From positions 23,646 through 87,645 of IMG/VR virus record IMGVR_UViG_3300045988_117192: DNA of 64,000 bases. The stretch is one strand, 5' to 3'. Source of the DNA: a virus. Position numbers and translations under genes: made by a program. The notes under the pieces were generated by a model. That model did not search any database and was not told where the DNA came from. It saw only the letters and a list, made by a program, of their open reading frames with translations. Every line of letters begins with the position of its first letter. Position 1 is the first letter of the stretch. Positions 1 to 11,719 of this stretch are shown here, piece after piece.

Positions 1-240
1 CTCCTGTATCATGGTCTTGGATATTTAAACCTATTTGTAATAAACTTAATATTGGTTATAAAATTGATAAAGAACTTCATGATATACTTTAGTTCTTGTA
101 TATTTTTATTTTAGATTTAAGCCAGTTTATCTTATAGCTTATAACTTAATCAGTCAATTATAAAGAATGGCTTAAATCGAAGATATACTATGAAATTCGT
201 AATGTTTACTTGAATTTATAACTTTGACTAAAACTAATTA

Positions 241-258
241 GCTCCCCCGTAGAAGAGT
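241..258 (+). repeat. GC-rich dispersed motif copy (GCTCCCCCGTAGAAGAGT), intergenic, followed by TATTATAAT
   Basis: exact core CTCCCCCGTAG at 242-252; 48 nt upstream of the ATG at 306. Confidence 0.8.
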
Positions 259-305
259 ATTATAATGCTCTAATTAAATATAATTATAAACTTAATATTA
301 ATAAT

Positions 306-992
306 ATGGCAAGTATTGCAATGTTAGTTAGTGAATTTGCTCATAGTTTAAAGCAACCTAATAATAAAGCTTTACGTCAAAACATTAAACAACTTATTAT
401 TCATACTCGTAATGAAATTATACGTAGAAGTTATGAAAATCATGGATATGTAGATAAAGGTTTAGTACAAAGATTTAAAGTTTCTCTTATTGATGTTTTA
501 GATGGTGAATTAGAAATTCCTAATGATTTAGAAGATGTAGATATTACTACAATAAAGCGAACTAAAGATAAAGTTCCAAGACCTGTAAGACTTACTAATA
601 ATCTTCCTTTTGATAGAGTTAGTAGTATAGGTTTTAAAACAAATAAAGAATTTCCATTTATTAAAGAAACTAGTGCTAGATTTAGAAGTTCAGTTCCTGG
701 TTTATGTGGCATTCCTTGTTATGATTATATAAATGGTTATATTTATATTTTTCCTACTAATAATAAACCTATAAATATTAATAATATATGTATTGAAAGT
801 GCTTTTGAACATCCTAATGAAATTCAAGAACTTAATAAAGAAGTTGATGAAATGCAATTATTTATGGATGAAAATGAATGGTTACTTAGTGAAGATATGA
901 TTGGTCAAATTAAAGATATTATTTATAAACGTGATTTACTTAGTACTGTTAGAGAAACAAATGAAATCCCAAATACTATAAAATATAATTAA
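306..992 (+). CDS. hypothetical protein (228 aa)
   Basis: ATG ORF beginning 48 nt downstream of an intergenic copy of the GC-rich motif; no recognisable catalytic motifs. Confidence 0.5.
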   Translation: MASIAMLVSEFAHSLKQPNNKALRQNIKQLIIHTRNEIIRRSYENHGYVDKGLVQRFKVSLIDVLDGELEIPNDLEDVDITTIKRTKDKVPRPVRLTNNLPFDRVSSIGFKTNKEFPFIKETSARFRSSVPGLCGIPCYDYINGYIYIFPTNNKPININNICIESAFEHPNEIQELNKEVDEMQLFMDENEWLLSEDMIGQIKDIIYKRDLLSTVRETNEIPNTIKYN

Positions 993-998
993 TAAATT

Positions 999-1961
999 AT
1001 GGCAATAAAAAATGTACCAGTAGGTGTTAGGCATTATCATAGAAGTATGCTTAATACTTTTAGTAAGAAAAGAGAAGAAGCTCTTACAAAACTTAACGAA
1101 CTTAATAAAAAAATTAAAGTTGAACATGATGAGATTAAATCTAATCTAAATGTATATAAAGACATTTGTGGTGTTAATCTTTTAGATTATGATGAATTTG
1201 TAAATAATAAATATAATAATGGTAAGTTTTTAAAACTTACTAAAGGTATGTATATAAATCGTTCTAATAATTATGAATTAGTTAGTGATTTATTTAATGT
1301 TCATACTTTAGCTATTCATCAAAAACAAATAAATGAACTTGAAAAAGAAGTAAGTTTATATGATAAATGTCTTAAACTAAAACCTAATGATTATTTTAAA
1401 ATTCTTCGTACTTTTTATACTGAAGTTCATAAACAAATGATTGTTAATGGTTATGGTTATGCTTATACTGGTCGTTTAGGTTGGATTTGTGTTAATCGTG
1501 TTGTTATTAAAGGTCATCGTAAACAAGTTCTAGATTGGCAAGCTACTAAGAAAAGAGAAGCTGAACTTAAAGCACAAGGTAAACGTATTTATAATAAAGA
1601 AGAAGCTGAATGGTGTGCTAGAAATGGTATAGAATATAAAGCTGAAGATAAACGAGTTTATATGAAACCAGAATCTTATTATGAACTTTGTTTATGTAAT
1701 TGTCAACTTCCTAATGCTACAGGTTTTGTTCCTGAATTTGTAGATTATAGAGCTGCTGGACTTAGAGGTAAAACTAATCAAGATTTAATCAACGATTGTC
1801 ATAATAATGTTGAAGAAATTACTCAACTGCCTATAGATCTTAAAACTAAAGTTATACTTTGTAATAAAGTAGATCCTATTTTATATACTAAATTTATACG
1901 TAATGAAAATCAAGCAACATACACTAAAGATAAGTCGTCTTATTGGAAAAATAGACAATGA
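999..1961 (+). CDS. hypothetical protein (320 aa)
   Basis: long ORF immediately following the previous gene; Lys/Asn-rich; no motif recognised. Confidence 0.5.
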   Translation: MAIKNVPVGVRHYHRSMLNTFSKKREEALTKLNELNKKIKVEHDEIKSNLNVYKDICGVNLLDYDEFVNNKYNNGKFLKLTKGMYINRSNNYELVSDLFNVHTLAIHQKQINELEKEVSLYDKCLKLKPNDYFKILRTFYTEVHKQMIVNGYGYAYTGRLGWICVNRVVIKGHRKQVLDWQATKKREAELKAQGKRIYNKEEAEWCARNGIEYKAEDKRVYMKPESYYELCLCNCQLPNATGFVPEFVDYRAAGLRGKTNQDLINDCHNNVEEITQLPIDLKTKVILCNKVDPILYTKFIRNENQATYTKDKSSYWKNRQ

Positions 1962-2649
1962 TTTTAATATAAGTGAATCTGATTGGATACCTAGAGTTGC
2001 AGCTTGGGTTATTGATGCTCTTTCACAAATGAAAGTTCTTCCTATGGAACGTAAACGTAGAGTACTTGAAGTTAGTGAAAGAATTGCTCAATTTCCTTGT
2101 TGTATTAATGCAGATGAAATTAAAGTTTATGATAAAAATGGTTGTGAAATATCGCAATTAGATAGTAATAGTTCTTGTGGATGTAATATTAATGATAATA
2201 ATTATAGTCCACAAGAAATTGCTGTTATTGATGATAATAATAAAAGTGGTGTAAACTTTATGAATGTTGGAACTGTTGTTAATAATAGTAATCGTAATTT
2301 TGTTCTTCAAGGTAATAATATAGAACTTAATTTTAATACTGATAAAATTATAGTTGAAACTTTAGAAGTAGCTACTTATTATGATGAATATTATGATTGC
2401 GAAGTTCCTTATATTTATGATGATGGTTTGCTTTTAGAAGCTCTTGCTTGGTATTGTTTATTTAAATATCTTAGTAGAGGTAGTAAGCATACTATTTATG
2501 ATTTAAAAAGTACTAACGCTGTAATCAATCCTTATATGCAATGGCAAGCTCTTAAAGTTAAAGCTGCTAATTCTGTTAAAATTAAACTTAATCAAGATAA
2601 AGGTTGGCGTAGTTTCTTTTATAATAGTACATTCATTCCAAGAGGTTAA
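1903..2649 (+). CDS. hypothetical protein (248 aa), probably virion-associated
   Basis: ORF overlapping the upstream gene by 59 nt in another frame; true start may be an internal ATG; lies directly upstream of the large structural genes. Confidence 0.45.
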   Translation: MKIKQHTLKISRLIGKIDNDFNISESDWIPRVAAWVIDALSQMKVLPMERKRRVLEVSERIAQFPCCINADEIKVYDKNGCEISQLDSNSSCGCNINDNNYSPQEIAVIDDNNKSGVNFMNVGTVVNNSNRNFVLQGNNIELNFNTDKIIVETLEVATYYDEYYDCEVPYIYDDGLLLEALAWYCLFKYLSRGSKHTIYDLKSTNAVINPYMQWQALKVKAANSVKIKLNQDKGWRSFFYNSTFIPRG

Positions 2650-2652
2650 ACT

Positions 2653-5600
2653 ATGGCTAATATTGTTCCTAAATTAAATCTTAATAGAACACCTAGTATT
2701 ATTACTAATAATAGTATTGTGTTTGCTAAAAATATCAGAATCGATATTGATGGTAGTATTCATAAAGATTATGGTATAGAATCTTTACAAAATATAAATA
2801 TGTTTTTTCATGATAATCTTTTAACTAGAATTATATATGATTTTGAAAAGAAAAACACAAGTATAGCTAAATATTATTTAGATATTTTAAAAGAAAGTAA
2901 TACTACTGATTATTCTATTATAAAAGTAATTCCAGATAATAAATCTTTTTATGTATTACTTAATATAAGTGTATATAATGAAGATAAATATATTATAGTA
3001 AAATTTGATGAAGAAGCTGATTCGTTTTATCCTTGTGATTGTAATTGGTCATATAGTGGAGGTGTTATAACTGGTTCTGTTATAAATAATCTTTTAGGTG
3101 AAACGATATTAATTATTGCTGAAAAAAATGATAATAAAGATATACCATTAAAATGTATAAATCTTTCTAAATCTTCACATAATGATAATGAAAGTATTTA
3201 TACACAAACTCCTAAAATACCTATTACTAATCTTATTTATACAGGTGATTTTAAGTTTTCTATACCTAATGGTGTTTATCAATTTTTTATAAGATATAAA
3301 ATTAGAGATAATTTTTATACTAATTGGTTTCCTGCTAGTAAAGAATTATTTGCTGGTAACAAACATACAACTGATACTATTTTTGGTACTTTCGGTTATC
3401 ATGTTAATAATATAAATTCTGATAATAGTTTTATATTTACAATTCAGCATTTACTTTATGATAATATTGCTAATTTTGAAAATTTTCAAATAGGTTTTAT
3501 TGTATCAAATGATGGTGCTATTAAAGGAAGAGCTTGGAAACATTTTTCTTTTAATACTAGGCAAATTAATTTTGATTATAAACCTTCAGAAGCTGAAGAA
3601 GTAGAAATTACTGATTTTACAAAACCTATATTTAATGTTTATAATGTAGGTAATGTTTGTTCTTTTAAAAATAAATTATATATTAGTAATTATAAAGAAA
3701 CTGATTTTAATCAAAAATTACAAGATTATGCAGATAATGTAAAACTTAATATAACTTATAAAGATCAAACTATTGATACTCCAGATAAGGGTATAGTTTA
3801 TAATGATAAGATATGTATTTTAGATGATGACAACAATATTATAGGTTTAGATTTGAATTATGTAGGTTCTCAACAATTAAATGAATTAATAAAACCTACA
3901 CTTAATAATGTTCTTCTTAATGCTATAAATGCAAAAGTTCCTTATGAAAAAAAAGAAAATTGTACTTATTATATAGGTGGAGGTTTAGGTTCTACAGATA
4001 TTGGTATATATTTGAATATTAATAAAGAAACTTGTAAAATAAATAAACCTGATATAATAACTTTACAAGATTATGTTGGTGATGATAATTACTATGATTT
4101 AAATAATAATACAGAAGATGATTTAATTGGATCTATTTATGATTTTGTTTATAAATTTATAGCTTATTATAATTTAGGTTATATTGATACACATAATTAT
4201 AACTTTTTTTCTGCTGGTACTGATAACACTAATGGTTATTTTAAAGAACCAAAAGAATATCTTGTACAACCTAAAACTGAAATAACAACAATAACTATCG
4301 GATTAGCTAGTAAAAGTAATTACAATACAGATGACCCAAATACTTATGATACAATAACTATAGATATTAGTATTGATCCATCTTTAATAAGAAATGATAC
4401 TATTCCTGTTATAAATAATACAACTTTAATACCTTATCAAGTATATAGATTTTATATACATTACATGAAAGATACTGGAGAAATAACTAATGGTTATTTT
4501 GTAGATGAAGTAAAAATAAATCAAACAACATATACTTGTGATAAAGTTATATATCCTGTTTTTAATAATATAACAATTCCTGAAGGATATAATGCTTGTT
4601 TTTTTACTATAGCTCATGTAAGAAATCAAACTAGTGTTATATATAATATAATAGATAATAATAGTTTTATTGAAGGTACTTGTTTTGAATTAAATACTAG
4701 ATTGTTTAATTTTAATTCAAATCCTAAAATATATCTTAAAAATAATACAGGTGATAAAGATATAACTGTTGAAGGGGAATATTACAATAGTGCTGATACA
4801 GAACATTGTAGATATTTTGGAGCAGAAGGTCTTGTTGTATTTCGGAAAAGTAGTATTGGAAATGATCCTATAAAAGACCATTTAACTGATAAAAAAATTT
4901 TTATAGTAAATAATTATAATAATGTTGATGAAACTAATTTAGAGTTAATTAAATGTACTCCTTATATTACAAGTAAAACATATACTAATTATAATAATTA
5001 TAATTTATTAGGTTATATTTGTTCTATATATCCTTTAAATAGAGAAAAGACTACTACTATATATACTGATGCTTCCAATATATACAAAAAAAGTAATAGT
5101 GTAGAATCTATAGATAAATTAAAACTTGTAGAATATAATAAATATAAAGAAACTAATAGTGATTATAATACTAATTTTTTAGGTGATTTAAATATAGTTA
5201 CAACAAAGCCTACTTTAATATATTCTAATTTTAATTTAAACTATATAGAACTTAGCGAAGATTTTAAATCTAAATATGCTACTTATTATAATAGAAGTGA
5301 AGCTGATACAAGTGGTAAGAATAATACAAATGAAACTAAAATTTTTAAATTAACTCCTAGTCAAACTTTAGCTACTGTTTATAAATTAAATTCTGTTTAT
5401 TATAATTATACTAGAAAAACTTATAATATTTATAATAAAAATGATATTTATAAATTTGATAATACAGTAAGAAGTAGTAAACTTGCAGGTGATGAAGATA
5501 GATTAAGTATTTTTGAATTTAATGCTGATGATTATTATAACATTCCTACAAATAGAGGTAAAATTTCAAATTTAATATCTATAGGTGATGTTATACTAGT

Positions 5601-6729
5601 TCATACAAGAGATAGTATGTTTAAATTTACAGGTAGTAATACGCTTCAATCTAATACTGGAGAAATTCAACAAACGGAAACTGATGTTTTTCAAACAGGT
5701 GTTAGTGAAGTTTTTGGTTCAGATTTTGGTTTTGCTGGACTTCAAAATAAAAATGCTGCTATTACTACAGAAGCTGGATATATATTTTATGATGCAGATT
5801 CTAAAATTATATATATGTATTCAGGTAATGGTCAAATAGTTAAACTTAGTGATAGTATAGAAAAACTTTTTAGATATAATATACTTAATGATGTAAGTTT
5901 CGCTAATGATTATTATAATAATAGATTTTTTACTTGTTTACATTTTAATACTGGTACTATTACTCTTTCTTATAATTTTAATCAAGAAATTAAATCATTT
6001 ATATCATTACATGATTTTAAATTTAATGAAGCTTTTAACACAAAAACTAAATGTTATTTTATAAGTAATCAGTCAACTAATATTTGTAGAATAGATAAAT
6101 TTACTTATGGTTTGTATAGACATTTGAGTATTAATGATAATATTTATCCTTATAATAAAACTATTGTTACTGAACATTATTTAAGTAGTAATGGTATGGA
6201 TAAATCTATTAATGCTGATTTATTCGATTCTATAATAGATATTATTGAAAATACAAACTATGAAAATGTTAAAACTCTCAATTATATTAATTGGAATTGT
6301 TCTATCATAAATGATGAATTTCCTATATATGCTGATAATTCTAATCATTTTAATGCTTTAGCATCATCTGATAAAAAATATCCTTGCAAAAGTATAACTA
6401 TTTATACAGATACTTGTTCAACAGATGAATTAGATTGTAATAATATAAGTAATGATAAAAGTATTCAAGATATAAATCAATCTCCTTATTATAAATATCC
6501 TAGATATAATCAAGGATTTTGGACTTTAAATTATTTTAGAAATATACTTAATGCAGATGATAAATTTAATTATTTAAATCAAAATTATGATAATAGATTA
6601 GAAGCTACTTATCGTTCAGATAATAATTCTCTTATAGAAGGTAAATATTTTGTTGCTAGATTTACTTTTGATTATAATAAAGATTTTAAATTTGAAACTA
6701 TTAATTTTAATTACGATACTAAATTATGA
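2653..6729 (+). CDS. large Asn/Tyr/Ile-rich structural protein (tail-fibre or receptor-binding-like candidate), 1358 aa
   Basis: uninterrupted 4-kb ORF in a very AT-rich background; N/Y/T-rich beta-rich composition typical of phage fibre or appendage proteins; no enzymatic motif seen. Confidence 0.55.
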   Translation: MANIVPKLNLNRTPSIITNNSIVFAKNIRIDIDGSIHKDYGIESLQNINMFFHDNLLTRIIYDFEKKNTSIAKYYLDILKESNTTDYSIIKVIPDNKSFYVLLNISVYNEDKYIIVKFDEEADSFYPCDCNWSYSGGVITGSVINNLLGETILIIAEKNDNKDIPLKCINLSKSSHNDNESIYTQTPKIPITNLIYTGDFKFSIPNGVYQFFIRYKIRDNFYTNWFPASKELFAGNKHTTDTIFGTFGYHVNNINSDNSFIFTIQHLLYDNIANFENFQIGFIVSNDGAIKGRAWKHFSFNTRQINFDYKPSEAEEVEITDFTKPIFNVYNVGNVCSFKNKLYISNYKETDFNQKLQDYADNVKLNITYKDQTIDTPDKGIVYNDKICILDDDNNIIGLDLNYVGSQQLNELIKPTLNNVLLNAINAKVPYEKKENCTYYIGGGLGSTDIGIYLNINKETCKINKPDIITLQDYVGDDNYYDLNNNTEDDLIGSIYDFVYKFIAYYNLGYIDTHNYNFFSAGTDNTNGYFKEPKEYLVQPKTEITTITIGLASKSNYNTDDPNTYDTITIDISIDPSLIRNDTIPVINNTTLIPYQVYRFYIHYMKDTGEITNGYFVDEVKINQTTYTCDKVIYPVFNNITIPEGYNACFFTIAHVRNQTSVIYNIIDNNSFIEGTCFELNTRLFNFNSNPKIYLKNNTGDKDITVEGEYYNSADTEHCRYFGAEGLVVFRKSSIGNDPIKDHLTDKKIFIVNNYNNVDETNLELIKCTPYITSKTYTNYNNYNLLGYICSIYPLNREKTTTIYTDASNIYKKSNSVESIDKLKLVEYNKYKETNSDYNTNFLGDLNIVTTKPTLIYSNFNLNYIELSEDFKSKYATYYNRSEADTSGKNNTNETKIFKLTPSQTLATVYKLNSVYYNYTRKTYNIYNKNDIYKFDNTVRSSKLAGDEDRLSIFEFNADDYYNIPTNRGKISNLISIGDVILVHTRDSMFKFTGSNTLQSNTGEIQQTETDVFQTGVSEVFGSDFGFAGLQNKNAAITTEAGYIFYDADSKIIYMYSGNGQIVKLSDSIEKLFRYNILNDVSFANDYYNNRFFTCLHFNTGTITLSYNFNQEIKSFISLHDFKFNEAFNTKTKCYFISNQSTNICRIDKFTYGLYRHLSINDNIYPYNKTIVTEHYLSSNGMDKSINADLFDSIIDIIENTNYENVKTLNYINWNCSIINDEFPIYADNSNHFNALASSDKKYPCKSITIYTDTCSTDELDCNNISNDKSIQDINQSPYYKYPRYNQGFWTLNYFRNILNADDKFNYLNQNYDNRLEATYRSDNNSLIEGKYFVARFTFDYNKDFKFETINFNYDTKL

Positions 6730-8567
6730 GATATAAATTAAAAAATGGAGGCAAAAGTCGTCCTAAAGCTTTATTTGGTGTAGATGGTGCGATTAATGCT
6801 GCTGCTACTTTAGCTGCTGCTGGTATGACAACTGCTGCTACTCTTAAAGCAGCAAATCAGCAATCTAAAGCTGTTGAATCTTCTGCTAGAACACAAGCAG
6901 AAGCTATTAAAGCTCAAACTGCTAATAATACTGATCTTCAAAAAGAAAGTATTAATTTTCAAAGACAAATAAATCAAGAAAATAGACAACAACAACAAGA
7001 TATTCAAACTACTCTTCAACTTATGGCTGGTCAACAAAATATGAATGATAGGCTTAAAGCTACTCAAGAAGTTGCTAAATATGGTGGTAGACCTAAAAGA
7101 AAAAAGTTGTCTAAGATGACTTCTGATATACCTTCCTACGGGGGAGCTAGAATACCTTTCCGTGTTACAGATGGTGGTGGAGTAATTCCAATTCAAATAA
7201 ATGATGCAGGTTATGGTTTGTATGAACTTTATGGTAATGATCATGACCATTATCACAAGACATCTGGAGGTAAATACAAATCAGGTGTTGGTATTAAATT
7301 TGCTGATGGTAGTACAATAGAAGGTGAAGGAAATCAAAATACTAAACAAGGTGAATTACTTTATGTAACACCTTATGATAATATGTTTATATCTAAACAT
7401 GATATTAAAGGTTTTAATCCTGCAGAAGCTGTTAATGAAGGTATGAATCCTCAATATGCTTTTGATATTCAACAACAACTTAAAGCTATTTATGGTATTA
7501 ATGATGATGGTAGTAAGATTGATAAATCATCTTATAAACAAATGGCTAAATGTGGAGGACATTATAAACTTAAATGTGGTGGTCGTATTAAAAGAGTTAA
7601 TGGAGGTTTTTGGCAAAATCATGCAGGAGCTACTTATAATGCTGTTGGTAATTTACTTGGTGCAGGTATTACAGCTATAGGTAATGGTATTGCTGGTCGT
7701 AAACTTTCTAATGCTTATAATAATGCTGGTAATATATTAGCTGATGCTTATTCTCAAATGCATGGAATAGATTTATCTGAAATAAGTAAAAGTGACTATA
7801 CTCCAGCTCATGTTATGGCAATTGTTAGTAATGCAGATACTAATATAAATCCTCAATTAGAACGTATTCGTAGAGATGCTGCTGCTCAAACTAAGCAAGT
7901 AAATAATTCAACTATGAGTTCTGCTGCTAGACAACAACGTCTTGCTGGAATTAATGATAGAAGTTTACAACGTGCTACTGAGCAATATGCTTATAAACAA
8001 AATGAAGATCAAAAAATTCAACAAGCTAATGCTGAACGTATTCAACAAGCTAGTGCAACAAATGCTCAACTTGATTCTCAAGCAAATCAAGAATATGCTA
8101 AATCTAGACTTGCTTTAATGCAATACAATAATGATATTGAAAATAGTAAGATTGCTGGAGCTGCACAAGCTAGAGCTGATGCTATGACACAAAGTAGTAC
8201 AGCTAGTGCTACAGCTTGGCAAAATTCTATGAATGCTATAGGTTCTGCAATAGCTAATACAGGACAAGGTTTTGCTTCATCTTATGAAGCTATTCGTAAA
8301 TCAAATGATGATTTTGCTAATACTTATGCTGGATTGGGTAATGAACAACAAGTTAAAGCTGCATTACTTCGTTATGAAAGAACTGGAGATGATAGTTATA
8401 TTAATAGTTTGTTAAATAGTAATATGATTAGTGATTCAGAAAGAGTTGCTTTAAATAGAGCTAAAGCTAATAAAATTAGAATAAAAAGAAATAAATTAAG
8501 AGCTACTCCAGGTAATATTTTACCAGATTATACAAATAATAGTAGTAATCCTAATTATTATGCTTAA
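6726..8567 (+). CDS. virion/ejection-associated protein with Gln/Ala-rich coiled-coil N-terminus and Gly-rich segment (613 aa)
   Basis: ATGA start/stop overlap with the upstream gene (translational coupling); Q/A-rich heptad-like N-terminus; Gly-rich tract NLLGAGITAIGNGIAG. Confidence 0.5.
   Translation: MRYKLKNGGKSRPKALFGVDGAINAAATLAAAGMTTAATLKAANQQSKAVESSARTQAEAIKAQTANNTDLQKESINFQRQINQENRQQQQDIQTTLQLMAGQQNMNDRLKATQEVAKYGGRPKRKKLSKMTSDIPSYGGARIPFRVTDGGGVIPIQINDAGYGLYELYGNDHDHYHKTSGGKYKSGVGIKFADGSTIEGEGNQNTKQGELLYVTPYDNMFISKHDIKGFNPAEAVNEGMNPQYAFDIQQQLKAIYGINDDGSKIDKSSYKQMAKCGGHYKLKCGGRIKRVNGGFWQNHAGATYNAVGNLLGAGITAIGNGIAGRKLSNAYNNAGNILADAYSQMHGIDLSEISKSDYTPAHVMAIVSNADTNINPQLERIRRDAAAQTKQVNNSTMSSAARQQRLAGINDRSLQRATEQYAYKQNEDQKIQQANAERIQQASATNAQLDSQANQEYAKSRLALMQYNNDIENSKIAGAAQARADAMTQSSTASATAWQNSMNAIGSAIANTGQGFASSYEAIRKSNDDFANTYAGLGNEQQVKAALLRYERTGDDSYINSLLNSNMISDSERVALNRAKANKIRIKRNKLRATPGNILPDYTNNSSNPNYYA
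7134..7150 (-). repeat. GC-rich dispersed motif copy, reverse orientation, inside ORF 6726-8567
   Basis: CTACGGGGGAG at 7136-7146; encodes SYGGAR in frame. Confidence 0.8.
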
Positions 8568-8588
8568 TATTATAAATATAATACAATT

Positions 8589-9905
8589 ATGCCAACTATA
8601 CCTACAATGAGTTTAAAAACAGCACCTATACAATTTGCTGAATTTAAACCTGTACAATATACTCCTCAAATTGCTGATAGTACTCTTTTAGCTAAATCTT
8701 TATCAATGCAAGAAGCTAGAGCTAAAGAAGCTAGAACTACTTTAGGTAATACTGATACTTTATTAAATGGTATTAGAAATGCTATTAATCCTGAAGAATA
8801 TACTTGGTTTGAAAATCAAGCTAATGATATTAGAAAAAAAATAGATGATCAAATAGCTTTAGGTAATACAGAAACTGCTATTAGATTTGCTCAAGAAGCT
8901 GGAAGAGATTTAGCTAGAAGTATTGATATGAATAATAAAGTAAAAGCTAATGCTATATATCAACAAGAACTTAATAAAATTAAAAGTGGTGCTTATAGTG
9001 AATTAACTAAACGTAGATGGGAAGATACTAACACTTATTATGATAATGGTACTGGTAATTGGAAAGCTGAAAACTTTATTCCTGTTAAAGATATTTCTGT
9101 ATCAGATGTTTGGGCTAATGCTGTAGCTAAAACACCTACTAGAAGTAAATCTTCAGGTGGTAATAGAAGCAATACTAAAGAAACTACAGTAGATAATGCT
9201 GGTAGACCAATTAAGGCTTTTACTAAAGAAACTGTAAATGGTAAATCTGATACTATTATTAATAATAACGTATTAGGTGTTGCTAAAACAATTACTACTA
9301 GTAGTAATTGGTCATCTGGTTATAATAGTAAAAGTAAAGAAGATATTATGAATATCTTTAATGATTTAATGAGTGACCCAAATATATATGCTGGAGTTAA
9401 ACAACAATATGATAATTTAGTATGGCTTTATGATAAAAGTACAAGTATTATTAATAATCCTAATAGTACACCTGAACAAATAAAGCAAGCTAAAACTGAT
9501 TTAGATACAGCACAAGCTTCATTAGAAGATAAAGATGGCTTTCTTCATAAAGATGATAATTATTTTAAAACTTGGGTTCAAAAACAAGCTAATAGATATG
9601 CTGAACATAGTAAGTTTTATAATACTTCAAGTAGTAAAGGTAGTAGTTATGGAGAACATTACGGTGATGTGTTTACTAATATAAATAATAATAGAGCTGA
9701 AAATTATGTAACTGACTTATCTCCTGCTGCTGATGGTATTGTACCAGGTCCTAATCGTTCTTTTACTGTAGGTACAGTTTTTCCTAGTAATCAATCTAGC
9801 AATCAATCTAATAATTCAGGTAATTTTAATTATAATATTGTAAGTACAGATGCTAATGATTATACTAGTCTTTATGAACAAAATGATAACACAAACTCTA
9901 ATTAA
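8589..9905 (+). CDS. hypothetical protein (438 aa)
   Basis: ORF in the same operon-like series; Asn/Ser/Thr-rich. Confidence 0.5.
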   Translation: MPTIPTMSLKTAPIQFAEFKPVQYTPQIADSTLLAKSLSMQEARAKEARTTLGNTDTLLNGIRNAINPEEYTWFENQANDIRKKIDDQIALGNTETAIRFAQEAGRDLARSIDMNNKVKANAIYQQELNKIKSGAYSELTKRRWEDTNTYYDNGTGNWKAENFIPVKDISVSDVWANAVAKTPTRSKSSGGNRSNTKETTVDNAGRPIKAFTKETVNGKSDTIINNNVLGVAKTITTSSNWSSGYNSKSKEDIMNIFNDLMSDPNIYAGVKQQYDNLVWLYDKSTSIINNPNSTPEQIKQAKTDLDTAQASLEDKDGFLHKDDNYFKTWVQKQANRYAEHSKFYNTSSSKGSSYGEHYGDVFTNINNNRAENYVTDLSPAADGIVPGPNRSFTVGTVFPSNQSSNQSNNSGNFNYNIVSTDANDYTSLYEQNDNTNSN

Positions 9906-9927
9906 ATAATTAATTTAAAATAAACAT

Positions 9928-11718
9928 ATGGCTATATTTAATCCTCAAGAATTACAAGTATATTTTGATACTAGAAATTATGCAGGTGCTGCTGAGTATC
10001 TACGTAAAACTCAAGCTAAAGATTATGCTTCTCAATTAACTCTTAATAGTAGAATACATGATCTTGAAAAATTAGCTGCTAAACAAAAATCTATATATGC
10101 TGATTTAAATAGTGACCAACAACAAGCTTATGATTTTATGTCAGCTATGCTTGGTGATGAAGGGAGTGTACCTAGAACTAGAGTTTATAAAGAAAATGGT
10201 CAAGAAAGACAACAAGTAAATATTTATGGTACTGAATATTTAAATAAAATTAATAATTTAAAAAGTAATGATGGTAATAATATACATCGTATAGCTATCG
10301 ATATAGAAAATGATGATGATTTACAAGCTTTAAGTAAAAGTTTAGGATACGGAAATATTTATGATAATACTTTAGGTATATCTGTAGTAAATTTAGGTAA
10401 AAATAAAGGTAATAGATTGATTATAGATAGTTCTAATAAAAATCTTTATAAATTATTATCTGCTACAAATAAACTTAGTGATAAAAGTGGTTGGGATATA
10501 TTTAATAATATAGGTAATGAAGCTACTAAATGGGGTTTAGGTACTGGAGCTATAGGTGCTACAATTGGTTCTGTAGCTCCAGGTGTTGGTACTACAGTAG
10601 GTGGTGCTATTGGTGGTTTAGGAGGTATGCTTGTTGGTACTGTTAAAGGTGGTATAGATGAAATATCTAATGCTATTTATAGAAGTAATAAATACAAAAT
10701 TAGAGGAATAGATATTGATGGTAAAGTTTATAATGATGGAGATTTTAATTATGGAGATTTACAAGACGCTATTGAAATAGGAGATAAAGCTAATGATATA
10801 ATGGAAGATGTTAAAGCTACTAAAACTAGACAACAAACTTTTGTAGCTGAAAGCGTTGTAAGTAATTTTTTAGGAGCTGGTCACGCTGAAGCTTATAAGC
10901 TTTATCAACAACATAAAATAGATTTTGATACATATAATAAAATAGAAGCTAATTGGAAAAAAGCTTATGATACTCTTATAAATCAAGCTGATTTTACTAA
11001 AAAAGAAGTTTATGCTTGGTCTGCTGATTCAGGAGAAGGTGTAAATCTTAAACTTGTAAACAATCCAGATATTCCTAATCTTAAAGGTGAAATTATGGCA
11101 GCTATGCATGATAATAGAGTTACATATTCTCTTTGTGTATCTGATGGAGAACTTGGTACTCTTATCACTATAGCACCTAAAGCTCAAAGTGGTGATGATA
11201 AAACTGATTGGTCTAAGAAAAAAGGTGAAATTCAAAAACAAATTTGGGTTAAAGGTTTATTTGAAGGTAGTGCTGAAAGAGCATTCGAATCTGATAGTAA
11301 AACTAAAGCAGCAAGAGATAATGCTGATATGAAAAAATTTAATTATGAATTATCTCTTGCTAATGGTAAAACAGTAGGATATAAACCTGGAACTGGAGCT
11401 TATTCTAAAACTACAGATAAAAATGGTAACACTGTTTATACTAATATAAGTGAAGAAGAAATGATTCACAATCTTAATGAAAACAATATTATAGAAGAAG
11501 GAGCATTAACTGCTTTAAATAGTTTAAATAATGATTCTAATAATTATAATACTAGCAATATAATGAACAGAATTAATACTTTAGCTATTTCAGCTACTAA
11601 TGAACTTTATCCTCAAGGTAGTGCTACTGATACTGAAAGAGAATATTATGCTAATGAAATTGCTAGAACTATGGCAAATCTTGTAGCTAGATATTATAAA
11701 CTACAAAATCAAGAATAA
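9928..11718 (+). CDS. hypothetical protein with glycine-zipper-like hydrophobic segment (596 aa)
   Basis: segment GLGTGAIGATIGSVAPGVGTTVGGAIGGLGGMLVGTV resembles membrane-inserting glycine zippers of phage ejection proteins; function inferred only. Confidence 0.5.
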   Translation: MAIFNPQELQVYFDTRNYAGAAEYLRKTQAKDYASQLTLNSRIHDLEKLAAKQKSIYADLNSDQQQAYDFMSAMLGDEGSVPRTRVYKENGQERQQVNIYGTEYLNKINNLKSNDGNNIHRIAIDIENDDDLQALSKSLGYGNIYDNTLGISVVNLGKNKGNRLIIDSSNKNLYKLLSATNKLSDKSGWDIFNNIGNEATKWGLGTGAIGATIGSVAPGVGTTVGGAIGGLGGMLVGTVKGGIDEISNAIYRSNKYKIRGIDIDGKVYNDGDFNYGDLQDAIEIGDKANDIMEDVKATKTRQQTFVAESVVSNFLGAGHAEAYKLYQQHKIDFDTYNKIEANWKKAYDTLINQADFTKKEVYAWSADSGEGVNLKLVNNPDIPNLKGEIMAAMHDNRVTYSLCVSDGELGTLITIAPKAQSGDDKTDWSKKKGEIQKQIWVKGLFEGSAERAFESDSKTKAARDNADMKKFNYELSLANGKTVGYKPGTGAYSKTTDKNGNTVYTNISEEEMIHNLNENNIIEEGALTALNSLNNDSNNYNTSNIMNRINTLAISATNELYPQGSATDTEREYYANEIARTMANLVARYYKLQNQE

Positions 11719-11719
11719 T